64,000 nucleotides of DNA from Haliotis cracherodii (taxonomy: Eukaryota). Below, in pieces: positions 20,214 to 36,331 of the stretch (the first letter of the stretch is position 1; every line of letters begins with the position of its first letter). Where the stretch lies: contig NW_027266270.1 in the NCBI RefSeq assembly GCF_022045235.1, positions 9,424,001 through 9,488,000 of the forward strand, read 5' to 3'. The notes below the pieces were generated by a model. The model had not been told where the DNA came from. It saw only the letters and a list, made by a program, of their open reading frames with translations, and ran no database searches. The translations under genes were made by a program, and so were the position numbers.

Positions 20214-23153
20214 GTTACTTGTTGTTAGATCTTATTGATAATGAAAGACAGAACTGATATTTGGTTAAACTCGGCGAATCTAAAGATCTAAGTATGTATC
20301 TCGATGTAATGTTTCCAAGATTGGAATGCCTTCTTCCTCTACCAGACCAGCTTTATACCTTTGCGTATCACAACACAAATGACAGAGTCATTACTACAAC
20401 TACATGTCAGGATTAAGTCAATGTTGACACGAAGGCTTCAGCTTAGCACATTTTGCTAGTGGCACGTGCTGCACTTGTTAATGAGCTGACATCACGTGAC
20501 CAATCTAAGAATAAGTGTTCTACGGTAATGTCGTCTGTTGTCAAAACACCGAGATAATAGAGTTTGGGTGATGATGTGTTTCGGGTGTTTGATTATTTAA
20601 GGATTTACGATATACGTGTTCATTTGTCGGTGATAAATGGTATTATGTTATTAAGGATCCATTTGGAGTCAAGTTATGTTTAATGCGAGTGGAACTTTTA
20701 GATGCTAATGATGTAAATGTAGTAACGGTATGTTGATGGAATTATACATTATCTACCTGTATACGTACGTGAATTATTTGCACTTGAAATATAAATGTCT
20801 AGCGTTATAGATTCCACTCACTGAAAACAGCCATTGTGATTTCCTTATTGAAATAAAATTGAACTAAAATAGTTCTGTTATTGAACAGTGTATAAATATA
20901 TAACTGATCTTTTTTGTTTCAATTTTTTCAAGTGCAAGTGTGATATGACAACAAAGTTAGAGTGTCAAATGATTTTTTATTGTTCATGTGTGCAAATGAC
21001 ACCCTGCTATTTCAATAAAATTTGTGTCAGCCAAAGTCATTTCATCGTGTGATTCGTCAAACAAACAGTTTGCTGAACTGAACTTTATTGTACTCCGGAT
21101 TACTCGTGACACATAACCACATCATTTGGGATTGAGCGGAGGCGCAGCGATTTGTTGAGTTGAGGGCTTGGCTATAGATGATATGCACAGTGAGGAGTAT
21201 TGTTTAATCATTAATTGAATGTGTGATTGTACGATTGCTGATAGATGTTGTAGACAAGCTAGTCAAGTGGTACATGTTTTTTAAACAAATTGATTGGCAA
21301 TCAAGGCGCTTTGATGAACAATCTTCCAACGTGTCACATATAACTAGAACCTTTGAAAACACAAAGACCACGTGCACATTATCAGGAAATGGCACATGAG
21401 ACTTGTAGTGATGACATTATTGACACACATGGTCCGCTCTGACTTCCGAAAAGCCAGAGACAGTTGCCAGTGACATGAAATGGTTCTGAGACAATAATGT
21501 CAATACATGTTTCCTTTGTTATTTCCAGCATTTGCTATAATAGATTCTGCCACGCAATGCATTCGCGACTACGATTAGCTTGTAGTGATCTCAGCTTACA
21601 CAAAGCTCATAGAATGATTTCAAATAAGTCATCCTGCTCTTGTGGCGCTACTTGCGAAACTACAACTCATTATTTATTTGGATGTCAATATTAGTACACA
21701 CATAGAAATAATATGTTTGTTATCCAATTGGATACGATCTTGTGACCGTAAGATCCTAAGTGGAATATGGAAATGTTGCAAAAATCGGTAAGTAAAAGGG
21801 TAGATTTCATTCAGTCTGTGCATCGTTACATCTGTCACATTAAATGACGCAATTAGGGTTCATTGTTCAAACACATACTAGTATCTTATAAGCAAAACCT
21901 TCCATTGTTGAGTCGTGTTATTGAATTAACATCTGAATGCCAGGCTATATGTGCTTCCTATGAAATCACAGCTCATACACTGATATCCCGTGCAGAATAG
22001 CTTGTAATGGATTGGCATCAACATAAGACATGGGCTTGTTTTCCAATCCAGTTTGATTTCAAGCAATAATTTTATTTCAACCATTCTCAAATAATCATTT
22101 ACGTAAAGCCTAAGAAAAGCTTCAACTTTCCACACTTTCTAATTATGGTTACATGCACTCTCAGAAAAAAAAACTCTTTAGTGTTGTATTGTCTCAGACG
22201 TACGTTTGAAATATCAAAGATCATTAAAATTTACATGTGCAACATACGTTACACCTAATTATATACAAATGAGCTAATGACATTAACATGCGTGTTCAAG
22301 TTCTTTTTACCACGAAAGCTCTTTGCAGATACAGTTGACAACAATGTGTCCTTTATTAATGAGATAAAATATGCAGTATTTCAGCTAAATATGGAAGGAA
22401 AGCCGCAAATGGCGTACAACTTCTAAATCTAGATTCAAACCAACAAACACTGGATTCTGGACGCAACTGTGCATACAGAAATGCGGTGGTCGAGGCCACA
22501 CATGTCAACAATGAAAATGAACGGATATGTATTTGGTATTTTTGTAACATTTTATTTTCTAAAAAAAATCGTAATTCTGATTAAATCGCAGTTCCTGTAA
22601 TGCTCAGTTGAAATAATATATGATAATACATGTTCTTGAATGTATTGTATCTGTTCATTGTTACAACATAAACTGTCACCATGCAAGCAATGTGGAAATG
22701 TAAAACTTAAACAGGTTCATATTTTCTGCCAATACTGTGTAATGAACATAGTAATACATAACATGTGTCGCTATTTTTATACATTCACACTGACACTGGC
22801 AAGGAACATAAGTACGATGACACTGTTAAGTACTTGTCGGTATGCTTTGTTCCTTCACATTAACAACAACGTACAATGTGCAAGTCAAGAATCATGTTTG
22901 ACAATGCTATTGTCTTCACACACAGAGTGTCTTGGTGACTTTATCTTCGTCTTCGTCAACCACAGCTTTGTGACGCTCTAAACGTTATGGGACTGAGCGA
23001 CAGTGACTGGTGTCTTCTTCTTCATTTCGTCGTCTTCGTCATCTTGAACAACAGGCTTGCTGCTGTTGGTTCATCCTCTCGTTGGGAACAGAGAATGTAG
23101 TGTGGATATTGATCCTACTGTTGGGAACCTTCATGTAAGCTCGGTTGCGGTTT

Positions 23154-24605
23154 TCATCTGGTTACACACGACAGCTGGAAAAGAGTAAAGTATCCAAAAT
23201 TAGAACAGCAATAAAGACTATTTGATCATCTAATATTCGAAGTTCTTTGCAGTCTATATTTATCAATCCCTTAAAAATCATTCGGTTCCTTGAAATGTTC
23301 CTCAACCAAATCAATTACATATACGTTTATCATGCGTGTGGCCCAAGTGTGGTCAATGCCAAGAGCATCTCAAGCTACATACCTGGCAGATGAGTTTCTG
23401 TGCTGGTCGTTTATGTTGGTAGGTCCAGGCTAAATCCAGAAGGGCTAGACCATGTCCCTGACTTTGACATCTCTGGATAAACTGCATACAGGCCGTTCGT
23501 AGGTCGGAGAATCCAAATTCCACAGATGCACAGAGTAATCCTGAAAGAACCGAGGACATATTGTAATGTGTTTGATAAAATATTATCATGAAGGTGAAGT
23601 TCATGTTATGGATAATTGTGTGTGTTTCGCGCATGTGTCATCACGATTAGTGGAATGGCCATACTTTTGTGTTGAAATGAATATCCCAGTTAAACAAATG
23701 AAGATAGTACTTACCAATCACATTGTTAAAACCGATGTTAGCTTTCCCTGAGTGGACGAATTTGAGAAACGCCTGAAAGTCTCCAATCTGGTAGTCAGGA
23801 ATGGTGATGGTGAGTTTCTGTGAAAAGGGTGAGTCTTTGATCTTTTTGGTCTTGGGTCGCTCAACGGAGGACTGTTTCTGATGTTGAAGCAAAAGCTGAT
23901 ACATGTACCTAGAGAAAAGAAAGAAAAAATTGAAGACGATATTTAAACACAAACAGTCCAAAAATTGTTCCCATGTTGAGTACATTCACAGGGTATAAGA
24001 GCCAAATGTACTCTACTTAAACATACACTTATTATTGTTCTGACCTTTTTAATGGATTATTGTTTTGTAGAATATCTTACCTGCTTCGTGTAGCCATTAT
24101 GGCTTTGACTCCATGAACAGGAGCCTTCTCCTTCCCAACGAGAAAGGTGACGTCACACATCTCTGGCATGTTTAGGATGAGGGAGAGACTGTCCTGTAAG
24201 TCCCCTGTGCTTTTAAGCATCATGACGTCACCCCGACCGGAGGACTGTGAGGGGTGAGAGCTGGATTGGCTGAAAGATCTTGACTTCGAGGTCGTGCTGA
24301 CGCCTTCATCAGAGGAGTAGTCGCTTGAGTCATAGCCTGAAGAGGTACCTTCAGCTGGAATAAGAAAACAAATCAGTTATGAAATAATATTTCATTTGTT
24401 GCAAATGTTAGTAAAGCTGAGTGTTGTTTCATGAACAAAATGTGTCCTTGAAATATACTTTGAAAAAACCATCAAGGAATTATTATCCTGATGTGATAAA
24501 AGTGAATAATGCAAATGTCTCACCGTCTGCGTCATGACCAGTGTGGTCAATAGTTTCCATGGCCGAAAAGTCCAGAAGACAAAGTCGGGAATCGTAATGA
24601 TTCAT
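23154..24605 (-). CDS. BTB/POZ gene copy 5 (5 exons), S13F variant
   Basis: Same structure; G>A at 24568 changes TCT to TTT in exon 1. Confidence 0.88.
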
Positions 24606-27545
24606 GTTACTTGTTGTTAGATCTTATTGATAATGAAAGACAGAACTGATATTTGGTTAAACTCGGCGAATCTAAAGATCTAAGTATGTATCTCGATGTA
24701 ATGTTTCCAAGATTGGAATGCCTTCTTCCTCTACCAGACCAGCTTTATACCTTTGCGTATCACAACACAAATGACAGAGTCATTACTACAACTACATGTC
24801 AGGATTAAGTCAATGTTGACACGAAGGCTTCAGCTTAGCACATTTTGCTAGTGGCACGTGCTGCACTTGTTAATGAGCTGACATCACGTGACCAATCTAA
24901 GAATAAGTGTTCTACGGTAATGTCGTCTGTTGTCAAAACACCGAGATAATAGAGTTTGGGTGATGATGTGTTTCGGGTGTTTGATTATTTAAGGATTTAC
25001 GATATACGTGTTCATTTGTCGGTGATAAATGGTATTATGTTATTAAGGATCCATTTGGAGTCAAGTTATGTTTAATGCGAGTGGAACTTTTAGATGCTAA
25101 TGATGTAAATGTAGTAACGGTATGTTGATGGAATTATACATTATCTACCTGTATACGTACGTGAATTATTTGCACTTGAAATATAAATGTCTAGCGTTAT
25201 AGATTCCACTCACTGAAAACAGCCATTGTGATTTCCTTATTGAAATAAAATTGAACTAAAATAGTTCTGTTATTGAACAGTGTATAAATATATAACTGAT
25301 CTTTTTTGTTTCAATTTTTTCAAGTGCAAGTGTGATATGACAACAAAGTTAGAGTGTCAAATGATTTTTTATTGTTCATGTGTGCAAATGACACCCTGCT
25401 ATTTCAATAAAATTTGTGTCAGCCAAAGTCATTTCATCGTGTGATTCGTCAAACAAACAGTTTGCTGAACTGAACTTTATTGTACTCCGGATTACTCGTG
25501 ACACATAACCACATCATTTGGGATTGAGCGGAGGCGCAGCGATTTGTTGAGTTGAGGGCTTGGCTATAGATGATATGCACAGTGAGGAGTATTGTTTAAT
25601 CATTAATTGAATGTGTGATTGTACGATTGCTGATAGATGTTGTAGACAAGCTAGTCAAGTGGTACATGTTTTTTAAACAAATTGATTGGCAATCAAGGCG
25701 CTTTGATGAACAATCTTCCAACGTGTCACATATAACTAGAACCTTTGAAAACACAAAGACCACGTGCACATTATCAGGAAATGGCACATGAGACTTGTAG
25801 TGATGACATTATTGACACACATGGTCCGCTCTGACTTCCGAAAAGCCAGAGACAGTTGCCAGTGACATGAAATGGTTCTGAGACAATAATGTCAATACAT
25901 GTTTCCTTTGTTATTTCCAGCATTTGCTATAATAGATTCTGCCACGCAATGCATTCGCGACTACGATTAGCTTGTAGTGATCTCAGCTTACACAAAGCTC
26001 ATAGAATGATTTCAAATAAGTCATCCTGCTCTTGTGGCGCTACTTGCGAAACTACAACTCATTATTTATTTGGATGTCAATATTAGTACACACATAGAAA
26101 TAATATGTTTGTTATCCAATTGGATACGATCTTGTGACCGTAAGATCCTAAGTGGAATATGGAAATGTTGCAAAAATCGGTAAGTAAAAGGGTAGATTTC
26201 ATTCAGTCTGTGCATCGTTACATCTGTCACATTAAATGACGCAATTAGGGTTCATTGTTCAAACACATACTAGTATCTTATAAGCAAAACCTTCCATTGT
26301 TGAGTCGTGTTATTGAATTAACATCTGAATGCCAGGCTATATGTGCTTCCTATGAAATCACAGCTCATACACTGATATCCCGTGCAGAATAGCTTGTAAT
26401 GGATTGGCATCAACATAAGACATGGGCTTGTTTTCCAATCCAGTTTGATTTCAAGCAATAATTTTATTTCAACCATTCTCAAATAATCATTTACGTAAAG
26501 CCTAAGAAAAGCTTCAACTTTCCACACTTTCTAATTATGGTTACATGCACTCTCAGAAAAAAAAACTCTTTAGTGTTGTATTGTCTCAGACGTACGTTTG
26601 AAATATCAAAGATCATTAAAATTTACATGTGCAACATACGTTACACCTAATTATATACAAATGAGCTAATGACATTAACATGCGTGTTCAAGTTCTTTTT
26701 ACCACGAAAGCTCTTTGCAGATACAGTTGACAACAATGTGTCCTTTATTAATGAGATAAAATATGCAGTATTTCAGCTAAATATGGAAGGAAAGCCGCAA
26801 ATGGCGTACAACTTCTAAATCTAGATTCAAACCAACAAACACTGGATTCTGGACGCAACTGTGCATACAGAAATGCGGTGGTCGAGGCCACACATGTCAA
26901 CAATGAAAATGAACGGATATGTATTTGGTATTTTTGTAACATTTTATTTTCTAAAAAAAATCGTAATTCTGATTAAATCGCAGTTCCTGTAATGCTCAGT
27001 TGAAATAATATATGATAATACATGTTCTTGAATGTATTGTATCTGTTCATTGTTACAACATAAACTGTCACCATGCAAGCAATGTGGAAATGTAAAACTT
27101 AAACAGGTTCATATTTTCTGCCAATACTGTGTAATGAACATAGTAATACATAACATGTGTCGCTATTTTTATACATTCACACTGACACTGGCAAGGAACA
27201 TAAGTACGATGACACTGTTAAGTACTTGTCGGTATGCTTTGTTCCTTCACATTAACAACAACGTACAATGTGCAAGTCAAGAATCATGTTTGACAATGCT
27301 ATTGTCTTCACACACAGAGTGTCTTGGTGACTTTATCTTCGTCTTCGTCAACCACAGCTTTGTGACGCTCTAAACATTATGGGACTGAGCGACAGTGACT
27401 GGTGTCTTCTTCTTCATTTCGTCGTCTTCGTCATCTTGAACAACAGGCTTGCTGCTGTTGGTTCATCCTCTCGTTGGGAACAGAGAATGTAGTGTGGATA
27501 TTGATCCTACTGTTGGGAACCTTCATGTAAGCTCGGTTGCGGTTT

Positions 27546-28997
27546 TCATCTGGTTACACACGACAGCTGGAAAAGAGTAAAGTATCCAAAATTAGAACAG
27601 CAATAAAGACTATTTGATCATCTAATATTCGAAGTTCTTTGCAGTCTATATTTATCAATCCCTTAAAAATCATTCGGTTCCTTGAAATGTTCCTCAACCA
27701 AATCAATTACATATACGTTTATCATGCGTGTGGCCCAAGTGTGGTCAATGCCAAGAGCATCTCAAGCTACATACCTGGCAGATGAGTTTCTGTGCTGGTC
27801 GTTTATGTTGGTAGGTCCAGGCTAAATCCAGAAGGGCTAGACCATGTCCCTGACTTTGACATCTCTGGATAAACTGCATACAGGCCGTTCGTAGGTCGGA
27901 GAATCCAAATTCCACAGATGCACAGAGTAATCCTGAAAGAACCGAGGACATATTGTAATGTGTTTGATAAAATATTATCATGAAGGTGAAGTTCATGTTA
28001 TGGATAATTGTGTGTGTTTCGCGCATGTGTCATCACGATTAGTGGAATGGCCATACTTTTGTGTTGAAATGAATATCCCAGTTAAACAAATGAAGATAGT
28101 ACTTACCAATCACATTGTTAAAACCGATGTTAGCTTTCCCTGAGTGGACGAATTTGAGAAACGCCTGAAAGTCTCCAATCTGGTAGTCAGGAATGGTGAT
28201 GGTGAGTTTCTGTGAAAAGGGTGAGTCTTTGATCTTTTTGGTCTTGGGTCGCTCAACGGAGGACTGTTTCTGATGTTGAAGCAAAAGCTGATACATGTAC
28301 CTAGAGAAAAGAAAGAAAAAATTGAAGACGATATTTAAACACAAACAGTCCAAAAATTGTTCCCATGTTGAGTACATTCACAGGGTATAAGAGCCAAATG
28401 TACTCTACTTAAACATACACTTATTATTGTTCTGACCTTTTTAATGGATTATTGTTTTGTAGAATATCTTACCTGCTTCGTGTAGCCATTATGGCTTTGA
28501 CTCCATGAACAGGAGCCTTCTCCTTCCCAACGAGAAAGGTGACGTCACACATCTCTGGCATGTTTAGGATGAGGGAGAGACTGTCCTGTAAGTCCCCTGT
28601 GCTTTTAAGCATCATGACGTCACCCCGACCGGAGGACTGTGAGGGGTGAGAGCTGGATTGGCTGAAAGATCTTGACTTCGAGGTCGTGCTGACGCCTTCA
28701 TCAGAGGAGTAGTCGCTTGAGTCATAGCCTGAAGAGGTACCTTCAGCTGGAATAAGAAAACAAATCAGTTATGAAATAATATTTCATTTGTTGCAAATGT
28801 TAGTAAAGCTGAGTGTTGTTTCATGAACAAAATGTGTCCTTGAAATATACTTTGAAAAAACCATCAAGGAATTATTATCCTGATGTGATAAAAGTGAATA
28901 ATGCAAATGTCTCACCGTCTGCGTCATGACCAGTGTGGTCAATAGTTTCCATGGCCGAAGAGTCCAGAAGACAAAGTCGGGAATCGTAATGATTCAT
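27546..28997 (-). CDS. BTB/POZ gene copy 6 (5 exons)
   Basis: Same exon structure; Q159. Confidence 0.88.
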
Positions 28998-31939
28998 GTT
29001 ACTTGTTAGTAGATCTTATTGATAATGAAAGACAGAACTGATATTTGGTTAAACTCGGCGAATCTAAAGATCTAAGTATGTATCTCGATGTAATGTTTCC
29101 AAGATTGGAATGCCTTCTTCCTCTACCAGACCAGCTTTATACCTTTGCGTATCACAACACAAATGACAGAGTCATTACTACAACTACATGTCAGGATTAA
29201 GTCAATGTTGACACGAAGGCTTCAGCTTAGCACATTTTGCTAGTGGCACGTGCTGCACTTGTTAATGAGCTGACATCACGTGACCAATCTAAGAATAAGT
29301 GTTCTACGGTAATGTCGTCTGTTGTCAAAACACCGAGATAATAGAGTTTGGGTGATGATGTGTTTCGGGTGTTTGATTATTTAAGGATTTACGATATACG
29401 TGTTCATTTGTCGGTGATAAATGGTATTATGTTATTAAGGATCCATTTGGAGTCAAGTTATGTTTAATGCGAGTGGAACTTTTAGATGCTAATGATGTAA
29501 ATGTAGTAACGGTATGTTGATGGAATTATACATTATCTACCTGTATACGTACGTGAATTATTTGCACTTGAAATATAAATGTCTAGCGTTATAGATTCCA
29601 CTCACTGAAAACAGCCATTGTGATTTCCTTATTGAAATAAAATTGAACTAAAATAGTTCTGTTATTGAACAGTGTATAAATATATAACTGATCTTTTTTG
29701 TTTCAATTTTTTCAAGTGCAAGTGTGATATGACAACAAAGTTAGAGTGTCAAATGATTTTTTATTGTTCATGTGTGCAAATGACACCCTGCTATTTCAAT
29801 AAAATTTGTGTCAGCCAAAGTCATTTCATCGTGTGATTCGTCAAACAAACAGTTTGCTGAACTGAACTTTATTGTACTCCGGATTACTCGTGACACATAA
29901 CCACATCATTTGGGATTGAGCGGAGGCGCAGCGATTTGTTGAGTTGAGGGCTTGGCTATAGATGATATGCACAGTGAGGAGTATTGTTTAATCATTAATT
30001 GAATGTGTGATTGTACGATTGCTGATAGATGTTGTAGACAAGCTAGTCAAGTGGTACATGTTTTTTAAACAAATTGATTGGCAATCAAGGCGCTTTGATG
30101 AACAATCTTCCAACGTGTCACATATAACTAGAACCTTTGAAAACACAAAGACCACGTGCACATTATCAGGAAATGGCACATGAGACTTGTAGTGATGACA
30201 TTATTGATACACATGGTCCGCTCTGACTTCCGAAAAGCCAGAGACAGTTGCCAGTGACATGAAATGGTTCTGAGACAATAATGTCAATACATGTTTCCTT
30301 TGTTATTTCCAGCATTTGCTACAATAGATTCTGCCACGCAATGCATTCGCGACTACGATTAGCTTGTAGTGATCTCAGCTTACACAGAGCTCATAGAATG
30401 ATTTCAAATAAGTCATCCTGCTCTTGTGGCGCTACTTGCGAAACTACAACTCATTATTTATTTGGATGTCAATATTAGTACACACATAGAAATAATATGT
30501 TTGTTATCCAATTGGATACGATCTTGTGACCGTAAGATCCTAAGTGGAATATGGAAATGTTGCAAAAATCGGTAAGTAAAAGGGTAGATTTCATTCAGTC
30601 TGTGCATCGTTACATCTGTCACATTAAATGAAGCAATTAGGGTTCATTGTTCAAACACATACTAGTATCTTATAAGCAAAACCTTCCATTGTTGAGTCGT
30701 GTTATTGAATTAACATCTGAATGCCAGGCTATATGTGCTTCCTATGAAATCACAGCTCATACACTGATATCCCGTGCAGAATAGCTTGTAATGGATTGGC
30801 ATCAACATAAGACATGGGCTTGTTTTCCAATCCAGTTTGATTTCAAGCAATAATTTTATTTCAACCATTCTCAAATAATCATTTACGTAAAGCCTAAGAA
30901 AAGCTTCAACTTTCCACACTTTCTAATTATGGTTACATGCACTCTCAGAAAAAAACAACTCTTTAGTGTTGTATTGTCTCAGACGTACGTTTGAAATATC
31001 AAAGATCATTAAAATTTACATGTGCAACATACGTTACACCTAATTATATACAAATGAGCTAATGACATTAACATGCGTGTTCAAGTTCTTTTTACCACGA
31101 AAGCTCTTTGCAGATACAGTTGACAACAATGTGTCCTTTATTAATGAGATAAAATATGCAGTATTTCAGCTAAATATGGAAGGAAAGCCGCAAATGGCGT
31201 ACAACTTCTAAATCTAGATTCAAACCAACAAACACTGGATTCTGGACGCAACTGTGCATACAGAAATGCGGTGGTCGAGGCCACACATGTCAACAATGAA
31301 AATGAATGGATATGTATTTGGTATTTTTGTAACATTTTATTTTTTAGAAAAAAATCGTAATTCTGATTAAATCGCAGTTCCTGTAATGCTCAGTTGAAAT
31401 AATATATGATAATACATGTTCTTGAATGTATTGTATCTGTTCATTGTTACAACATAAACTGTCACCATGCAAGCAATGTGGAAATGTAAAACTTAAACAG
31501 GTTCATATTTTCTGCCAATACTGTTTAATGAACATAGTAATACATAACATGTGTCGCTATTTTTATACATTCACACTGACACTGGCAAGGAACATAAGTA
31601 CGATGACACTGTTAAGTACTTGTCGGTATGCTTTGTTCCTTCACATTAACAACAACGTACAATGTGCAAGTCAAGAATCGTGTTTGACAATGCTATTGTC
31701 TTCACACACAGAGTGTCTTGGTGACTTTATCTTCGTCTTCGTCAACCACAGCTTTGTGACGCTCTAAACGTTATGGGACTGAGCGACAGTGACTGGTGTC
31801 TTCTTCTTCATTTCGTCGTCTTCGTCATCTTGAACAACAGGCTTGCTGCTGTTGGTTCATCCTCTCGTTGGGAACAGAGAATGTAGTGTGGATATTGATC
31901 CTACTGTTGGGAACCTTCATGTAAGCTCGGTTGCGGTTT

Positions 31940-33391
31940 TCATCTGGTTACACACGACAGCTGGAAAAGAGTAAAGTATCCAAAATTAGAACAGCAATAA
32001 AGACTATTTGATCATCTAATATTCGAAGTTCTTTGCAGTCTATATTTATCAATCCCTTAAAAATCATTCGGTTCCTTGAAATGTTCCTCAACCAAATCAA
32101 TTACATATACGTTTATCATGCGTGTGGCCCAAGTGTGGTCAATGCCAAGAGCATCTCAAGCTACATACCTGGCAGATGAGTTTCTGTGCTGGTCGTTTAT
32201 GTTGGTAGGTCCAGGCTAAATCCAGAAGGGCTAGACCATGTCCCTGACTTTGACATCTCTGGATAAACTGCATACAGGCCGTTCGTAGGTCGGAGAATCC
32301 AAATTCCACAGATGCACAGAGTAATCCTGAAAGAACCGAGGACATATTGTAATGTGTTTGATAAAATATTATCATGAAGGTGAAGTTCATGTTATGGATA
32401 ATTGTGTGTGTTTCGCGCATGTGTCATCACGATTAGTGGAATGGCCATACTTTTGTGTTGAAATGAATATCCCAGTTAAACAAATGAAGATAGTACTTAC
32501 CAATCACATTGTTAAAACCGATGTTAGCTTTCCCTGAGTGGACGAATTTGAGAAACGCCTGAAAGTCTCCAATGTGGTAGTCAGGAATGGTGATGGTGAG
32601 TTTCTGTGAAAAGGGTGAGTCTTTGATCTTTTTGGTCTTGGGTCGCTCAACGGAGGACTGTTTCTGATGTTGAAGCAAAAGCTGATACATGTACCTAGAG
32701 AAAAGAAAGAAAAAATTGAAGACGATATTTAAACACAAACAGTCCAAAAATTGTTCCCATGTTGAGTACATTCACAGGGTATAAGAGCCAAATGTACTCT
32801 ACTTAAACATACACTTATTATTGTTCTGACCTTTTTAATGGATTATTGTTTTGTAGAATATCTTACCTGCTTCGTGTAGCCATTATGGCTTTGACTCCAT
32901 GAACAGGAGCCTTCTCCTTCCCAACGAGAAAGGTGACGTCACACATCTCTGGCATGTTTAGGATGAGGGAGAGACTGTCCTGTAAGTCCCCTGTGCTTTT
33001 AAGCATCATGACGTCACCCCGACCGGAGGACTGTGAGGGGTGAGAGCTGGATTGGCTGAAAGATCTTGACTTCGAGGTCGTGCTGACGCCTTCATCAGAG
33101 GAGTAGTCGCTTGAGTCATAGCCTGAAGAGGTACCTTCAGCTGGAATAAGAAAACAAATCAGTTATGAAATAATATTTCATTTGTTGCAAATGTTAGTAA
33201 AGCTGAGTGTTGTTTCATGAACAAAATGTGTCCTTGAAATATACTTTGAAAAAACCATCAAGGAATTATTATCCTGATGTGATAAAAGTGAATAATGCAA
33301 ATGTCTCACCGTCTGCGTCATGACCAGTGTGGTCAATAGTTTCCATGGCCGAAGAGTCCAGAAGACAAAGTCGGGAATCGTAATGATTCAT
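31940..33391 (-). CDS. BTB/POZ gene copy 7 (5 exons)
   Basis: Same exon structure; H159. Confidence 0.88.
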
Positions 33392-36331
33392 GTTACTTGT
33401 TGTTAGATCTTATTGATAATGAAAGACAGAACTGATATTTGGTTAAACTCGGCGAATCTAAAGATCTAAGTATGTATCTCGATGTAATGTTTCCAAGATT
33501 GGAATGCCTTCTTCCTCTACCAGACCAGCTTTATACCTTTGCGTATCACAACACAAATGACAGAGTCATTACTACAACTACATGTCAGGATTAAGTCAAT
33601 GTTGACACGAAGGCTTCAGCTTAGCACATTTTGCTAGTGGCACGTGCTGCACTTGTTAATGAGCTGACATCACGTGACCAATCTAAGAATAAGTGTTCTA
33701 CGGTAATGTCGTCTGTTGTCAAAACACCGAGATAATAGAGTTTGGGTGATGATGTGTTTCGGGTGTTTGATTATTTAAGGATTTACGATATACGTGTTCA
33801 TTTGTCGGTGATAAATGGTATTATGTTATTAAGGATCCATTTGGAGTCAAGTTATGTTTAATGCGAGTGGAACTTTTAGATGCTAATGATGTAAATGTAG
33901 TAACGGTATGTTGATGGAATTATACATTATCTACCTGTATACGTACGTGAATTATTTGCACTTGAAATATAAATGTCTAGCGTTATAGATTCCACTCACT
34001 GAAAACAGCCATTGTGATTTCCTTATTGAAATAAAATTGAACTAAAATAGTTCTGTTATTGAACAGTGTATAAATATATAACTGATCTTTTTTGTTTCAA
34101 TTTTTTCAAGTGCAAGTGTGATATGACAACAAAGTTAGAGTGTCAAATGATTTTTTATTGTTCATGTGTGCAAATGACACCCTGCTATTTCAATAAAATT
34201 TGTGTCAGCCAAAGTCATTTCATCGTGTCATTCGTCAAACAAACAGTTTGCTGAACTGAACTTTATTGTACTCCGGATTACTCGTGACACATAACCACAT
34301 CATTTGGGATTGAGCGGAGGCGCAGCGATTTGTTGAGTTGAGGGCTTGGCTATAGATGATATGCACAGTGAGGAGTATTGTTTAATCATAAATTGAATGT
34401 GTGATTGTACGATTGCTGATAGATGTTGTAGACAAGCTAGTCAAGTGGTACATGTTTTTTAAACAAATTGATTGGCAATCAAGGCGCTTTGATGAACAAT
34501 CTTCCAACGTGTCACATATAACTAGAACCTTTGAAAACACAAAGACCACGTGCACATTATCAGGAAATGGCACATGAGACTTGTAGTGATGACATTATTG
34601 ACACACATGGTCCGCTCTGACTTCCGAAAAGCCAGAGACAGTTGCCAGTGACATGAAATGGTTCTGAGACAATAATGTCAATACATGTTTCCTTTGTTAT
34701 TTCCAGCATTTGCTACAATAGATTCTGCCACGCAATGCATTCGCGACTACGATTAGCTTGTAGTGATCTCAGCTTACACAGAGCTCATAGAATGATTTCA
34801 AATAAGTCATCCTGCTCTTGTGGCGCTACTTGCGAAACTACAACTCATTATTTATTTGGATGTCAATATTAGTACACACATAGAAATAATATGTTTGTTA
34901 TCCAATTGGATACGATCTTGTGACCGTAAGATCCTAAGTGGAATATGGAAATGTTGCAAAAATCGGTAAGTAAAAGGGTAGATTTCATTCAGTCTGTGCA
35001 TCGTTACATCTGTCACATTAAATGAAGCAATTAGGGTTCATTGTTCAAACACATACTAGTATCTTATAAGCAAAACCTTCCATTGTTGAGTCGTGTTATT
35101 GAATTAACATCTGAATGCCAGGCTATATGTGCTTCCTATGAAATCACAGCTCATACACTGATATCCCGTGCAGAATAGCTTGTAATGGATTGGCATCAAC
35201 ATAAGACATGGGCTTGTTTTCCAATCCAGTTTGATTTCAAGCAATAATTTTATTTCAACCATTCTCAAATAATCATTTACGTAAAGCCTAAGAAAAGCTT
35301 CAACTTTCCACACTTTCTAATTATGGTTACATGCACTCTCAGAAAAAAAAACTCTTTAGTGTTGTATTGTCTCAGACGTACGTTTGAAATATCAAAGATC
35401 ATTAAAATTTACATGTGCAACATACGTTACACCTAATTATATACAAATGAGCTAATGACATTAACATGCGTGTTCAAGTTCTTTTTACCACGAAAGCTCT
35501 TTGCAGATACAGTTGACAACAATGTGTCCTTTATTAATGAGATAAAATATGCAGTATTTCAGCTAAATATGGAAGGAAAGCCGCAAATGGCGTACAACTT
35601 CTAAATCTAGATTCAAACCAACAAACACTGGATTCTGGACGCAACTGTGCATACAGAAATGCGGTGGTCGAGGCCACACATGTCAACAATGAAAATGAAC
35701 GGATATGTATTTGGTATTTTTGTAACATTTTATTTTCTAAAAAAAATCGTAATTCTGATTAAATCGCAGTTCCTGTAATGCTCAGTTGAAATAATATATG
35801 ATAATACATGTTCTTGAATGTATTGTATCTGTTCATTGTTACAACATAAACTGTCACCATGCAAGCAATGTGGAAATGTAAAACTTAAACAGGTTCATAT
35901 TTTCTGCCAATACTGTTTAATGAACATAGTAATACATAACATGTGTCGCTATTTTTATACATTCACACTGACACTGGCAAAGAACATAAGTACGATGACA
36001 CTGTTAAGTACTTGTCGGTATGCTTTGTTCCTTCACATTAACAACAACGTACAATGTGCAAGTCAAGAATCATTTTTGACAATGCTATTGTCTTCACACA
36101 CAGAGTGTCTTGGTGACTTTATCTTCGTCTTCGTCAACCACAGCTTTGTGACGCTCTAAACGTTATGGGACTGAGCGACAGTGACTGGTGTCTTCTTCTT
36201 CATTTCGTCGTCTTCGTCATCTTGAACAACAGGCTTGCTGCTGTTGGTTCATCCTCTCGTTGGGAACAGAGAATGTAGTGTGGATATTGATCCTACTGTT
36301 GGGAACCTTCATGTAAGCTCGGTTGCGGTTT

